A stretch of DNA of 64,000 nt. It comes from Candidatus Nomurabacteria bacterium GW2011_GWD2_36_14. Its GTDB lineage: Bacteria > Patescibacteriota > Minisyncoccia > Phycocordibacterales > UBA9973. This document shows positions 9,655-18,694 of the stretch, one piece after another; the stretch's first letter is position 1, and each line of letters opens with the position of its first letter. The DNA lies in contig LBRL01000001.1 in NCBI GenBank assembly GCA_000991405.1, forward strand, positions 3,744 to 67,743, written 5' to 3'. The position numbers and the translations under genes are program-made. The notes below the pieces were generated by a model that made no database searches, was not told the origin of the DNA, and saw nothing but the letters and a program-made list of their open reading frames with translations.

Positions 9655-11400
9655 TTAATTTAATGTTCTCTCTTCGATTTCTTTCTGAAGGTTTTCTATA
9701 AATACTTCAGTTGTTATATTTTCGAGTTTTTCGGTTCTACCTTCAACTGTTATTACTTTTGCTTCTTTTTCTTTGTCACCTATGACTATTACATAAGGCA
9801 CTTTGCTCATTTTTGCGTTACGGATTCTTTTACCGAGTGATTCATTTGAGTCATCAAGCTCTACTCGGATATCTGCATCTTTCAATGCTTGGAATACAGA
9901 GTCCGCGTATTCCTTTTGATGTTCGGATATTGGCAAGACTATAACTTGAACAGGGGAAAGCCATACTGGGAAATTACCTGCCGTATGTTCTATTAATATA
10001 GACATGAATCTTTCTATTGAGCCCATGATGGCAGCGTGAAGCATTACAATTCTTTCCTTTTCTCCTTTTTCATTTGAGCAAGTTAGGTCAAATCTTTCTG
10101 GCATATTCATATCAAGCTGAATTGTTGCAACTTGCCATTGTCTTCCAAGTGAATCTTTTGCCATAAAATCAAGCTTAGGTCCATAAAAAGCTGCTTCTCC
10201 TACACCATCTAAAGCAACAACATTTTTTTCTTTTATTATTTCTCTAAGAACACTTTCTGCTTGTTTCCATTTTTCATCACCACCCAAATATTTTTCCATA
10301 TGTTCTGGATCGTGGGTTGACAATCTGACTTCTAGATTAAATCCAAAAGAAGGATAAAAACTATGAATTACATCCCAAATTTTTAAGAATTCTTCTTTAA
10401 CTTGATTCATTCTACAAAATACATGAGCATCGTCCTGAGCAAAAGAACGTACTCTCGAGAGTCCCGATAGTTCTCCTGATTGTTCATCTCTATAACATGC
10501 TGTTGTGTTGGCATATCTTTGTGGAAGCTCACGATAACTCCATGCTTTTCTTGCATAAATTTGTGTGTGGTGAGGGCAATTCATTGGCTTCATTGCAAAT
10601 TCATGACCTTCACGTGTTGTAATACGGAAAAGTTCATCTTTAAACTTATCCCAGTGTCCACTTGTCTCATATAAATCCTTTTTTGTTATATGTGGAATTT
10701 CAACCTTACTGTATCCAAAATTTTTTCTAAGCTCCCAGACATACTCATCAAGGAGATTTCTCATTAAAGTTCCCCTAGGTGTCCAAAGGGGTAGTCCAGA
10801 TCCAACTAATTCTGAAAAAGTAAATAAATCTAATTCTTTCCCTAATTTTTTATGATCCCTTTTCTTGGCTTCTTCTTGCATTAATATATATGCATCTAGT
10901 TCTTCTTTGGTATTGAAGGCTAGGCCGTATATACGAGTCAGCATTTTGTTCTTTTCATCCCCACGCCAGTAGGCTCCAGCTATACGATCAAGTTTCCATG
11001 AGCCTTCCTTAATATTTTTCATATTATCAATATGTCCACCACGACAAAGGTCTGCAAAATTTCCTGATTTGTATATTGTGATTTCTTCTCCTTTTTCCAC
11101 TATGCCATTTATAAGTTCTTCTTTGTATACATTACCTGCGAACATTTTCAAAGCTTCCTCTTTGGATAGAACCTTCTTTTCAAAAGTAGACCATGTTTTT
11201 AAGAGTTCTTTCATTTTAGCCTCAACTTTTTCTAAGTCAGTATCAGTAATTTTGCCTTTAATATCTACATCATAGTAGAAACCATTGTCTACGGCTGGGC
11301 CAAGAGTAATCTGTGATCCTGGGTAAAGTTCCATGATAGATGCCCCTAGTAAATGAGCCAGAGAGTGGCGCTTGTGTTCTAGTTCGTTTATATTTTCCAT
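9655..11400 (-). CDS. thrS: Threonine--tRNA ligase (lacks the N-terminal TGS domain)
   Basis: RHSLAHLL, DLCRGGH, GAYWRGD, RDHKKLG, KPMNCPHH, AAFYGPKLD; start could be 11409. Confidence 0.96.
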   Translation of the reverse strand: MENINELEHKRHSLAHLLGASIMELYPGSQITLGPAVDNGFYYDVDIKGKITDTDLEKVEAKMKELLKTWSTFEKKVLSKEEALKMFAGNVYKEELINGIVEKGEEITIYKSGNFADLCRGGHIDNMKNIKEGSWKLDRIAGAYWRGDEKNKMLTRIYGLAFNTKEELDAYILMQEEAKKRDHKKLGKELDLFTFSELVGSGLPLWTPRGTLMRNLLDEYVWELRKNFGYSKVEIPHITKKDLYETSGHWDKFKDELFRITTREGHEFAMKPMNCPHHTQIYARKAWSYRELPQRYANTTACYRDEQSGELSGLSRVRSFAQDDAHVFCRMNQVKEEFLKIWDVIHSFYPSFGFNLEVRLSTHDPEHMEKYLGGDEKWKQAESVLREIIKEKNVVALDGVGEAAFYGPKLDFMAKDSLGRQWQVATIQLDMNMPERFDLTCSNEKGEKERIVMLHAAIMGSIERFMSILIEHTAGNFPVWLSPVQVIVLPISEHQKEYADSVFQALKDADIRVELDDSNESLGKRIRNAKMSKVPYVIVIGDKEKEAKVITVEGRTEKLENITTEVFIENLQKEIEERTLN

Positions 11401-11453
11401 ACCATACATAATAGCATATTTGCATTTTAAGTAAAAATCAGTATACTATTTAT

Positions 11454-11669
11454 ATGGTAATACGAATGCGACATACACGAGCCCATACAGGGAATCGTCG
11501 ATCACATCACGCTTTAAAAGCAAAGACTTTTGCTGTCTGTACTAATTGCGAACAGCCTAAGGAAACTCACATTGTTTGCAAGAACTGTGGCTTTTATCGT
11601 GGCCGTAAGGTAGTAGATGTGGTTAAGAAAATGGAGAAAAAACAAGCTAAGAAAAAGAGTAGTAAGTAG
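11454..11669 (+). CDS. rpmF: 50S ribosomal protein L32
   Basis: RRSHHAL...CTNC...HIVCKNCGFYRGRKV. Confidence 0.95.
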   Translation: MVIRMRHTRAHTGNRRSHHALKAKTFAVCTNCEQPKETHIVCKNCGFYRGRKVVDVVKKMEKKQAKKKSSK

Positions 11670-11725
11670 TGAGCAGTAGGTAGTAAGGTCTGTGTATCTT
11701 GCTACTTGCTACATTCTACATACTT
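11658..11725. repeat. Inverted pair of heptamer arrays
   Basis: agtagta agtagtg agcagta ggtagta ... cttgcta cttgcta cattcta catactt. Confidence 0.6.
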
Positions 11726-11746
11726 CGAAATTTATATTATATAAAT

Positions 11747-12652
11747 ATGGCAAACAGGCACCTTTCACGTTCAATTGTTCTTCAGACACTCTTCGAGTGG
11801 GATTTTGCTGTTGAGAAGGATACCACCCCCGAGGAGATGCTCGAGCGTAATATACAAGAATTTGGCCCAGGTCTTGATGACTCTCACTTTATGGGTGAGA
11901 TATTTCAGGGTATCATAAAGAAAAAGGTAATTATAGATGAGATTCTTGAGAAGGCTGCTCCTGACTGGCCTATCGACAAGATTTCTATCATAGATAGGAA
12001 TATTCTTCGCCTAGGTTTATATGAACTTCTTTTTGGTGATAGAGAGCAAGTGCCTCCCAAGGTTGCTATCAATGAAGCTATCGAGCTTGGAAAAAGTTTC
12101 GGTGGAGAGAATTCTAGTCGTTTTATAAATGGAGTTCTAGGTGGTGTTTATAAGGAACTCGGCGAACCTGGTAAGGATGATGTAGGTACCAAGAAGAAGC
12201 ACAAGCACTTTGAAACCGACCCTGCCAAGTTCCCTATAGAGAAGAAGGCCGGCGCTGTGGTATATGCTATTAAGGATGGCCACATTTATTTTGCTTTCGT
12301 TCACGATGTCTTTGGATATTGGACTTTATCTAAGTGTGGAGTTAAAGAAAATGAGAGTGAAGAAGATGCAGCAATAAGAGCGATTAAAGTAGAGATGGGA
12401 GTAGATATAAAAATCAAAGAACTTCTTGGAAGAAGTGAATATATTGCAACTCATCCTGAGCAAGGCAAGATTCGCAAGCAAGTCTCATTTTTCTTAGGAG
12501 AAGGAGAATATAAAGAGTTGGTACTAGAGAAAGAAAATGGTGGGCTCGATGGTACAGAGTGGTTCCCAATGGAAGAAGTTGCCAATTTGAAAATTTACGA
12601 CAACATGATTCCACTTCTGACAAAGGCTGTAGAAATATTAACAAAAGAATAA
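11747..12652 (+). CDS. nusB: Antitermination factor NusB fused to a degenerate NUDIX domain
   Basis: RHLSRSIVLQTLF, IDRNILRLG, VAINEAIELGKSFG, FINGVLG; C-terminal Nudix fold. Confidence 0.92.
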   Translation: MANRHLSRSIVLQTLFEWDFAVEKDTTPEEMLERNIQEFGPGLDDSHFMGEIFQGIIKKKVIIDEILEKAAPDWPIDKISIIDRNILRLGLYELLFGDREQVPPKVAINEAIELGKSFGGENSSRFINGVLGGVYKELGEPGKDDVGTKKKHKHFETDPAKFPIEKKAGAVVYAIKDGHIYFAFVHDVFGYWTLSKCGVKENESEEDAAIRAIKVEMGVDIKIKELLGRSEYIATHPEQGKIRKQVSFFLGEGEYKELVLEKENGGLDGTEWFPMEEVANLKIYDNMIPLLTKAVEILTKE

Positions 12653-12660
12653 TTAATTTT

Positions 12661-13356
12661 ATGATTGATTTTTCCCAATTTGAAAAAAAGACAAAAATAG
12701 TTTTTAAAGACAAAAAGCTTCTCGAGCAAGCGTTTATTCACCGTTCCTATATCAATGAGAATAGTGGAGGAAAACTTTGCCACAATGAACGTCTAGAATT
12801 CCTAGGTGATGCCGTCTTAGAGCTTATCGTAACTGACTATTTATACAATAAATATCCCGATAGGGATGAAGGCGAGCTGACTGCTTATCGCTCTGCTCTT
12901 GTAAATGCAATCATCATAGGTGAGATTGCATTATCTCTAGGTATGAATGATTACCTTCTTTTGTCGAAAGGTGAAGCCAAGGACATCGGCAAGGCTCGCA
13001 GTTATATACTAGCCAATACTTATGAAGCATACGTAGGAGCCGTATATCTGGATCAAGGATACGATATAGCTCGTGATTTTATTGCAAGTACTTTATTTGG
13101 TAAGATCGACGACATTGTTGCACAGAAGCTATGGCGTGATGCCAAGAGTCTTGTTCAAGAGAAAGCCCAAGAATATATCAACGTTACTCCCTCATATAAA
13201 GTTATAAATGAAGTTGGTCCTGATCATGACAAGCATTTCACTGTCGGTATTTTCTTTGGAGAGGATAAAATAGCAGAAGGTAAAGGTCACTCCAAGCAAG
13301 AAGCTGAGCAATCGTCTGCCAGAGCAGCATTAGAAGCTAAGAATTGGCTTGATTAA
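12661..13356 (+). CDS. rnc: Ribonuclease III
   Basis: HNERLEFLGDAVLEL; C-terminal dsRBD GKGHSKQEAEQ. Confidence 0.97.
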   Translation: MIDFSQFEKKTKIVFKDKKLLEQAFIHRSYINENSGGKLCHNERLEFLGDAVLELIVTDYLYNKYPDRDEGELTAYRSALVNAIIIGEIALSLGMNDYLLLSKGEAKDIGKARSYILANTYEAYVGAVYLDQGYDIARDFIASTLFGKIDDIVAQKLWRDAKSLVQEKAQEYINVTPSYKVINEVGPDHDKHFTVGIFFGEDKIAEGKGHSKQEAEQSSARAALEAKNWLD

Positions 13357-13357
13357 A

Positions 13358-15640
13358 ATGACACTAAAGTCTATCGAATTATTTGGTTTTAAATCATTCG
13401 GGAAGAAAAGTTCTCTGTCCTTTACGAATCCTATTACTTGCGTCGTCGGTCCCAATGGATCAGGTAAGTCCAACATCGTAGAAGCAATGCGTTTCGTATT
13501 AGGAGAGCAGTCTATGAAGTCTCTTCGTGGTAAAGGGGGCGTAGATCTTATATTCAAAGGTTCCAAAATGATTGCCTCTTCCAACAGAGCAGGAGTCAAT
13601 ATAACTTTTGATAATAGTCAGAAGATTTTTTCATTTACGAACAGTGGCATAGGAGTCTCGCTCGATTACGATGAAGTCACCATTGGCCGTGAAGTTTTCG
13701 CCGATGGTGCCAACAAATACAGCATCAATGGCACAGAAGTTAGACTCAAGGATGTTATTGACTTGCTTGCATCAGTCAATATTGGTTCATCAGGCCACCA
13801 CATCATTTCTCAAGGTGAAGCGGATAGAGTCCTCAATGCTTCGAACAAAGACCGCCGAAGTATGATCGAAGATGCTCTAGGATTAAAGATTTATCAATAC
13901 AGAATAAAAGAATCCGAGAGAAAGCTCGACAAGACCATTATAAACATGAAAGAAGTCACAGCACTTCGTCGCGAGATTGCTCCGCATTTAAATTTTCTAA
14001 AGAAGCAAGTTGAGAAAGTAGAGAAGGCCCGTGCCATGCGGGAGGACTTGCGTAGTCTGTACAAGGATTACTTTTCTTCCGAGTATACATATATTAGTAA
14101 CGAGGGAGCTCGTATATCAAGTAAGCGTCAGGAGCTAGACCAGAAAGCTTTAGTCTTAGATGAGAAGATAAGTGAACTCGAGAAGTTGAAGGAAGGCAAC
14201 GTTACTGAAAGTGAACTTTCTAAAATTATAAAAGAAAAGGAGTTCACTTTACATGAAGTAAGAAGCAAGAAGGACGAAATATCTCGTTCCTTAGGGCGTA
14301 TAGAGGGTATTATAGAAGGTATCGAGCATCAGTTTGCAAAGGTTCCCGAAGTCACAGAACGTATTATCAAAGAGTCTGAATGGAAGTCTTTGGTAGAAGA
14401 GCTCGAAGTGAAGATTGATGAAGCTATGCGTCTAGAAGATCTTCCTTTGGTTATAGACATCCTTCGCAACATAAAATCCAAGTTAGGAGAGTTCACACAT
14501 AGTGCCAGGGAAGCTAGCGCCGATATGCCAGCATTAGAAGATAGTGCTGAGTACAAGGAAATGCAAAAAGCCAAAGAAGAGATACTTGCCCAAGTTTCCA
14601 AGAGTAGGGAAGAAGAGTTAAGTATTATTAATGAGATAAATGATCTTAAAGAAAAAGAGCGGGAGTCAGAATCTTCCTTACGTGACAATGAACGTGCCCT
14701 TTATGATGTGCTTCGCGACAAGAACGAAGTTGTATCTGCTATTCATGGGCTCAGTTTTGAAGAAGAGCGACTTTCAGCTATCAAGAATGCTTTTGAAATG
14801 GAGCTCGCAGAAGGTGGAGTCCTTATCGGTAGAGAAGTTGTAGACTTCGCTAGGATAAAGGTAGAAGGGGAGATAATCCGTAGTACCCAAGAAGACATGC
14901 GTCGCAAGATAGAACGCATCAAGATCAAGCTCGAAGATTCTGGTAGTGGTAACGCCAGTGATATTATGAAAGAGTACGATGATACGGCCGAGCGGGATGT
15001 ATTCTTAGGTAGAGAATTAGAAGATTTGAATAAAAGTATAGATTCTCTTCGTGTTTTAATACAAGAATTAAAAGAGACTTTAGATAAAGAATTTAAGGGA
15101 GGTGTAGAGAAGATCAACAAGCAATTCCAAGACTTCTTTGCGCTTATGTTCGGAGGTGGTTCTGCGTTTCTGTCTATTACAATGGAACACAAGAAGGTAA
15201 GGAAGAGTGATGAGAAAGTTACAGAAGAAGATGAAGGCGACGAAGAAAGTGAAGACGAAGAAGATGGCAATGACTTAGGTTTTGAGCGGGGGATAGAGAT
15301 CAACGTAACTCTTCCTCAGAAGAAAGTGAAGGACTTGCATATGCTCTCCGGAGGAGAGAGATCACTGACTTCTATTGCACTTCTATTTGCAGTCTCACAA
15401 GTGAATCCTCCACCATTCTTGGTTCTCGATGAGACGGACGCAGCGCTAGATGAAGCGAACTCTCGCAAGTATGGAAATATGCTTGAGAACTTGTCCAAGT
15501 ATTCACAGCTCATAGTGGTAACTCATAATAGAGAGACTATGTCTCGAGCCCAAGTCCTCTACGGAGTGACCATGAGTGCCGAAGGCGCCTCCAAGCTCCT
15601 CTCCATCCGTCTCGAAGACGCCACAAGTTACGCAAAATAA
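13358..15640 (+). CDS. smc: SMC-family ATPase, shortened (~760 aa)
   Basis: GFKSF, GPNGSGKSN, ISQG, LSGGE, LDETDAALDEAN; follows rnc. Confidence 0.9.
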   Translation: MTLKSIELFGFKSFGKKSSLSFTNPITCVVGPNGSGKSNIVEAMRFVLGEQSMKSLRGKGGVDLIFKGSKMIASSNRAGVNITFDNSQKIFSFTNSGIGVSLDYDEVTIGREVFADGANKYSINGTEVRLKDVIDLLASVNIGSSGHHIISQGEADRVLNASNKDRRSMIEDALGLKIYQYRIKESERKLDKTIINMKEVTALRREIAPHLNFLKKQVEKVEKARAMREDLRSLYKDYFSSEYTYISNEGARISSKRQELDQKALVLDEKISELEKLKEGNVTESELSKIIKEKEFTLHEVRSKKDEISRSLGRIEGIIEGIEHQFAKVPEVTERIIKESEWKSLVEELEVKIDEAMRLEDLPLVIDILRNIKSKLGEFTHSAREASADMPALEDSAEYKEMQKAKEEILAQVSKSREEELSIINEINDLKEKERESESSLRDNERALYDVLRDKNEVVSAIHGLSFEEERLSAIKNAFEMELAEGGVLIGREVVDFARIKVEGEIIRSTQEDMRRKIERIKIKLEDSGSGNASDIMKEYDDTAERDVFLGRELEDLNKSIDSLRVLIQELKETLDKEFKGGVEKINKQFQDFFALMFGGGSAFLSITMEHKKVRKSDEKVTEEDEGDEESEDEEDGNDLGFERGIEINVTLPQKKVKDLHMLSGGERSLTSIALLFAVSQVNPPPFLVLDETDAALDEANSRKYGNMLENLSKYSQLIVVTHNRETMSRAQVLYGVTMSAEGASKLLSIRLEDATSYAK

Positions 15641-15665
15641 ACCCTTGAAATAAGGGTTTATTTTT
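15634..15665 (+). terminator. Intrinsic terminator after smc
   Basis: aaaataaaccctt-gaaat-aagggtttattttt. Confidence 0.75.
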
Positions 15666-15666
15666 A

Positions 15667-15695
15667 TTGACTTTATCATATTTTCATGATATAAT
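15667..15695 (+). promoter_or_regulatory. Sigma70 promoter with extended -10
   Basis: TTGACT-17 bp-TATAAT with TG at -15/-14. Confidence 0.75.
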
Positions 15696-15749
15696 ATACG
15701 AGAAAATTTGAAATAAATATAATAAAATATAAACCTAAAATTTTAGCTC

Positions 15750-16484
15750 ATGAAAAAATTTTTGTTACTTATCGTCATTTTTGTGCTTGCGGGCATAGCT
15801 TATTTTTTTGTTTATCTTGATGTAAACAAAAAAGAAATTAGAAAAGTTCCTCATGATCATTCTGCTGACCTAGCCAACGAGATGGGTCGTAAAAAAACAA
15901 ACATGGAAAGAGATATCTATGTAGAACTTGATCCTCCCTCTTACAAAATTAGCAATAAGGAGATCGCTAATTTTATTTATGCCGCATGGAAACTTAGTCC
16001 TTGGATTAAAAATCCAAATAGAATTTTTTACAACAAGGATTCTATAAAGTGGAATTATATCCTCTTTGGACTCGACACTAAAAATCCTACTTTTAAAGTG
16101 GCTTATGGTCACTCAATGTGGGTAACCGCGGAAGAAATTCTGAGATATAATAATTACTCGGGATATTCATCTGTGGCAACAGGAAAAATAGAAAAAAATA
16201 AAAAACCCATTTTTTTTAAGCCAAAACCAGACATGATAAGAGATCGTGGGCGAACTGATTCGAGTGGAAAATATAGACCATTTCGAACTAAAGACCAGAA
16301 GGATCAAGATTTGATTGTCTTAGCTGAACAACAAAGATTGGCAGATATACAAGCTAAAAACTTGTATGCCGATGAGTATAATAAAAAGGTACTCAAAGTA
16401 CTGATACCATTGATTTTTTTTGTTCCAATGTTGGCTGCTCTATTTTTTAAATTTCTATTTTTATGGTTTGGTAATAAAAAATAA
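15750..16484 (+). CDS. Hypothetical membrane protein (N- and C-terminal TM helices)
   Basis: 244-aa ORF with its own promoter and terminator; no motif recognised. Confidence 0.7.
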   Translation: MKKFLLLIVIFVLAGIAYFFVYLDVNKKEIRKVPHDHSADLANEMGRKKTNMERDIYVELDPPSYKISNKEIANFIYAAWKLSPWIKNPNRIFYNKDSIKWNYILFGLDTKNPTFKVAYGHSMWVTAEEILRYNNYSGYSSVATGKIEKNKKPIFFKPKPDMIRDRGRTDSSGKYRPFRTKDQKDQDLIVLAEQQRLADIQAKNLYADEYNKKVLKVLIPLIFFVPMLAALFFKFLFLWFGNKK

Positions 16485-16517
16485 TAAAAAAGAAATTTAG
16501 ATTTATAAAAAAGATTC

Positions 16518-16548
16518 AGACCGTTGCGATTTATTGCAACGGTCTTTT
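16518..16548 (+). terminator. Intrinsic terminator (copy 1 of a shared hairpin)
   Basis: agaccgttgcgat-tt-attgcaacggtctttt. Confidence 0.8.
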
Positions 16549-16551
16549 CTA

Positions 16552-16580
16552 TTGACTATAATATACTTTCCTGATATAAT
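16552..16580 (+). promoter_or_regulatory. Sigma70 promoter, probably driving a leaderless transcript
   Basis: TTGACT-17 bp-TATAAT with TG; ATG at 16587. Confidence 0.75.
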
Positions 16581-16586
16581 ACAATT

Positions 16587-16769
16587 ATGAAAAATTTTTT
16601 AATCATATTTGCAGTTGTTTTTGTTACTTTTTTTTCTAGTAGTATAGCTATGGGGAAAGAACAAGCTTCTACCAGTAGTATCAGTAATAAGTATTGTTTT
16701 GATATTTATGTGGATTTGGAGGGTAACCCTATTTTAGTTGAAATTCCTTGTCCTATCGGTAGTAGATGA
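16587..16769 (+). CDS. Small secreted peptide with two Cys
   Basis: Signal-peptide-like MKNFLIIFAVVFVTFFSSSIAMG; promoter and terminator on either side. Confidence 0.6.
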   Translation: MKNFLIIFAVVFVTFFSSSIAMGKEQASTSSISNKYCFDIYVDLEGNPILVEIPCPIGSR

Positions 16770-16793
16770 TAGTTTTTAAATTGATTATAAAAA

Positions 16794-16821
16794 GGCCGTT
16801 GCGATTTGCAACGGTCATTTT
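16794..16821. terminator. Intrinsic terminator (copy 2 of a shared hairpin)
   Basis: ggccgttgcga-t-ttgcaacggtcatttt. Confidence 0.75.
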
Positions 16822-16864
16822 ATTCAACTTTTTCTTTTTGAGTTAAATCCTCTTCTGCAAAGAT

Positions 16865-17872
16865 TCATTCGGGTTGGAATTTCTTATTTAAAGTTATTAT
16901 TTTACTTTCTGTATTTTTTAAAATTTTATCTTCATATTTTATTTCGAAAAGCATCCCACGCATTGTATTAGTTGAAAAATATTGATCGAAGATAAAGTTA
17001 CCAAGTGAGTAGACTATAGGCTTGCCTTTATATTCTCCTATATCTTGTATTACGTGAGGATGGTGTCCTATGACTATATCTGCGCCATTGTCTATTATTA
17101 TTTTCGCTAGACTTTCCTGTCTTCTATTATGTATGGTTTTATATTCATCACCCCAATGTATTGAAACGATAAGTATATCAGACTCTGACTTTGCATTTTT
17201 TATTATTTCAGGTAAATGAGGATTTGTTGCTAGTAGAATTCCAGCTTTATCATCTCCTGCTTCCATCCATGCCGGCCCAACATCTGATAATCCTAGGAAA
17301 CCAAACTTAATACCATTCTTTTCTATTATAGTTGGTGTTTGCACCTCGGTATTATTTATACCGGCACCAGTTTTCAGAATTTCATTATTATAAAGTCTTG
17401 CAAGTGTATCTTTAAATGCATTTACATTCCAATCTCCTACGTGATTATTGGCAAAAGACACAATATCAAATCCTGCATTTTTCATTGCAAGAAGTATCTC
17501 TGGATCCATACGGAATGAATATTTACTTCCGACATTATTTCCGACGTCTGATACTGGCCCCTCAAGATTTCCAAAAAGGATATCAGCATCCTTAAGCTCC
17601 TGTACATTTTCAAAAAGTTTATTATAGTCTCCGTCCCAGTTCTTCTTCACAGAGGCCCCGACTCCTCTAGTAAGCATCATGTCTCCAACGAAAAACAGGG
17701 TAGTTTCTTTAGGAATTATTTCGGGTACTTTTTCTTCCGCTGTAGCTATTACTTGTGCTTTTTGTCTGTCGGCTTTAATCTCCGATATTTTATCGCTAAT
17801 CACAAAACCACACCAGAATCCAATAATCGAGATCGTGAGTATTCCTAGCCCATATGATATTTTCTTAGTCAT
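16865..17872 (-). CDS. CapA/PgsA family metallophosphoesterase
   Basis: VGDMM, GNLEGP, ANNHVGD, SIHWGDE, IGHHPHV, YSLGNFIFDQ. Confidence 0.9.
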   Translation of the reverse strand: MTKKISYGLGILTISIIGFWCGFVISDKISEIKADRQKAQVIATAEEKVPEIIPKETTLFFVGDMMLTRGVGASVKKNWDGDYNKLFENVQELKDADILFGNLEGPVSDVGNNVGSKYSFRMDPEILLAMKNAGFDIVSFANNHVGDWNVNAFKDTLARLYNNEILKTGAGINNTEVQTPTIIEKNGIKFGFLGLSDVGPAWMEAGDDKAGILLATNPHLPEIIKNAKSESDILIVSIHWGDEYKTIHNRRQESLAKIIIDNGADIVIGHHPHVIQDIGEYKGKPIVYSLGNFIFDQYFSTNTMRGMLFEIKYEDKILKNTESKIITLNKKFQPE

Positions 17873-17873
17873 T

Positions 17874-18686
17874 TTATTCTATTATATCCTTCGGGTCGAC
17901 GTAAGTATATCCTTTTGATTCTATATCAATCAGCAGTGCATCTAGGTTCGCTACGGACCAAGGATGCTCGTGGATGAGGATTATAGATCCATTGTGTATA
18001 TTCCTCATAACGTTCCCCACAAATACATCCTTCTCTATAGTAGACTTTTCCCAGTCGAGAGCTGTCCCTGACCAGTCCATGAATATCATTCCGGCATCTT
18101 TCACAAGCTTCCTTACATGAGGATTACTATCTCCATAAGGTGCACGGAAGAATCGAGGCTTACTACCTGTAAGTTTAGTTATCAGATCTGTGTTTTTATT
18201 TATTTCTTGTTCAATAATTTTTTCATCTGTTGCCTTTCTAAGGTTAAGATGATCCCAAGTGTGGTTACCGACGGCAAATCCTTCTTTGTAAGTATCTTCT
18301 ATAATACTCGGATAGTCCTTCGCATGCATACCATTTATAAAGAATATTGCTTTGGCATTGTGCTTATTTAGTATTTCTATCATTTCTTTTGTATGAGAGC
18401 TAGGTCCATCGTCTATGGTTAAGAGGATGGCTTTTGTTTTGTTTTTTATATCCTCTGGCACTACAACACTTCTGCTGACAATTTTATATTTTAATTCCGG
18501 AGAGAGACTAGGTGACCCAATTTTATTTTCTTCAAGAGCTGTGCTAATTACGTTCTTTACTTCCTCTACATTTTTTACTACAGGTGCCTCTATCTTTCTG
18601 AAAGGGAAAGCGTATACGACTATAGTTATCAATACAAAAGCCAGTATTATTATGTATAATTTTTTATTTTTATTAGTTGTTTTCAT
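17874..18686 (-). CDS. Polysaccharide deacetylase (NodB/CE4), membrane-anchored
   Basis: LTIDDGP, GNHTWDH, FRAPYG, IILIHE. Confidence 0.92.
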   Translation of the reverse strand: MKTTNKNKKLYIIILAFVLITIVVYAFPFRKIEAPVVKNVEEVKNVISTALEENKIGSPSLSPELKYKIVSRSVVVPEDIKNKTKAILLTIDDGPSSHTKEMIEILNKHNAKAIFFINGMHAKDYPSIIEDTYKEGFAVGNHTWDHLNLRKATDEKIIEQEINKNTDLITKLTGSKPRFFRAPYGDSNPHVRKLVKDAGMIFMDWSGTALDWEKSTIEKDVFVGNVMRNIHNGSIILIHEHPWSVANLDALLIDIESKGYTYVDPKDIIE

Positions 18687-18694
18687 TTTCTTTT

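Noticed and set aside
9655-11400. ThrRS without TGS, ProRS without INS, mreBC without mreD, gyrB without adjacent gyrA
   Set aside because: These are ordinary reductions or rearrangements for small-genome bacteria and not notable on their own.
14329-15513. Antisense ORFs inside smc, and similar shadow ORFs in gyrB, thrS, rnr, rpoBC, dnaG, rpoD, tgt and uvrA
   Set aside because: They overlap well-supported genes and have Ser/Leu/Phe-rich mirror composition with no motifs.
16865-16867. UGA=Gly recoding (genetic code 25)
   Set aside because: Long conserved genes have no internal TGA, and TGA ends the ORF at 2364 exactly where its paralogues end in TAA.
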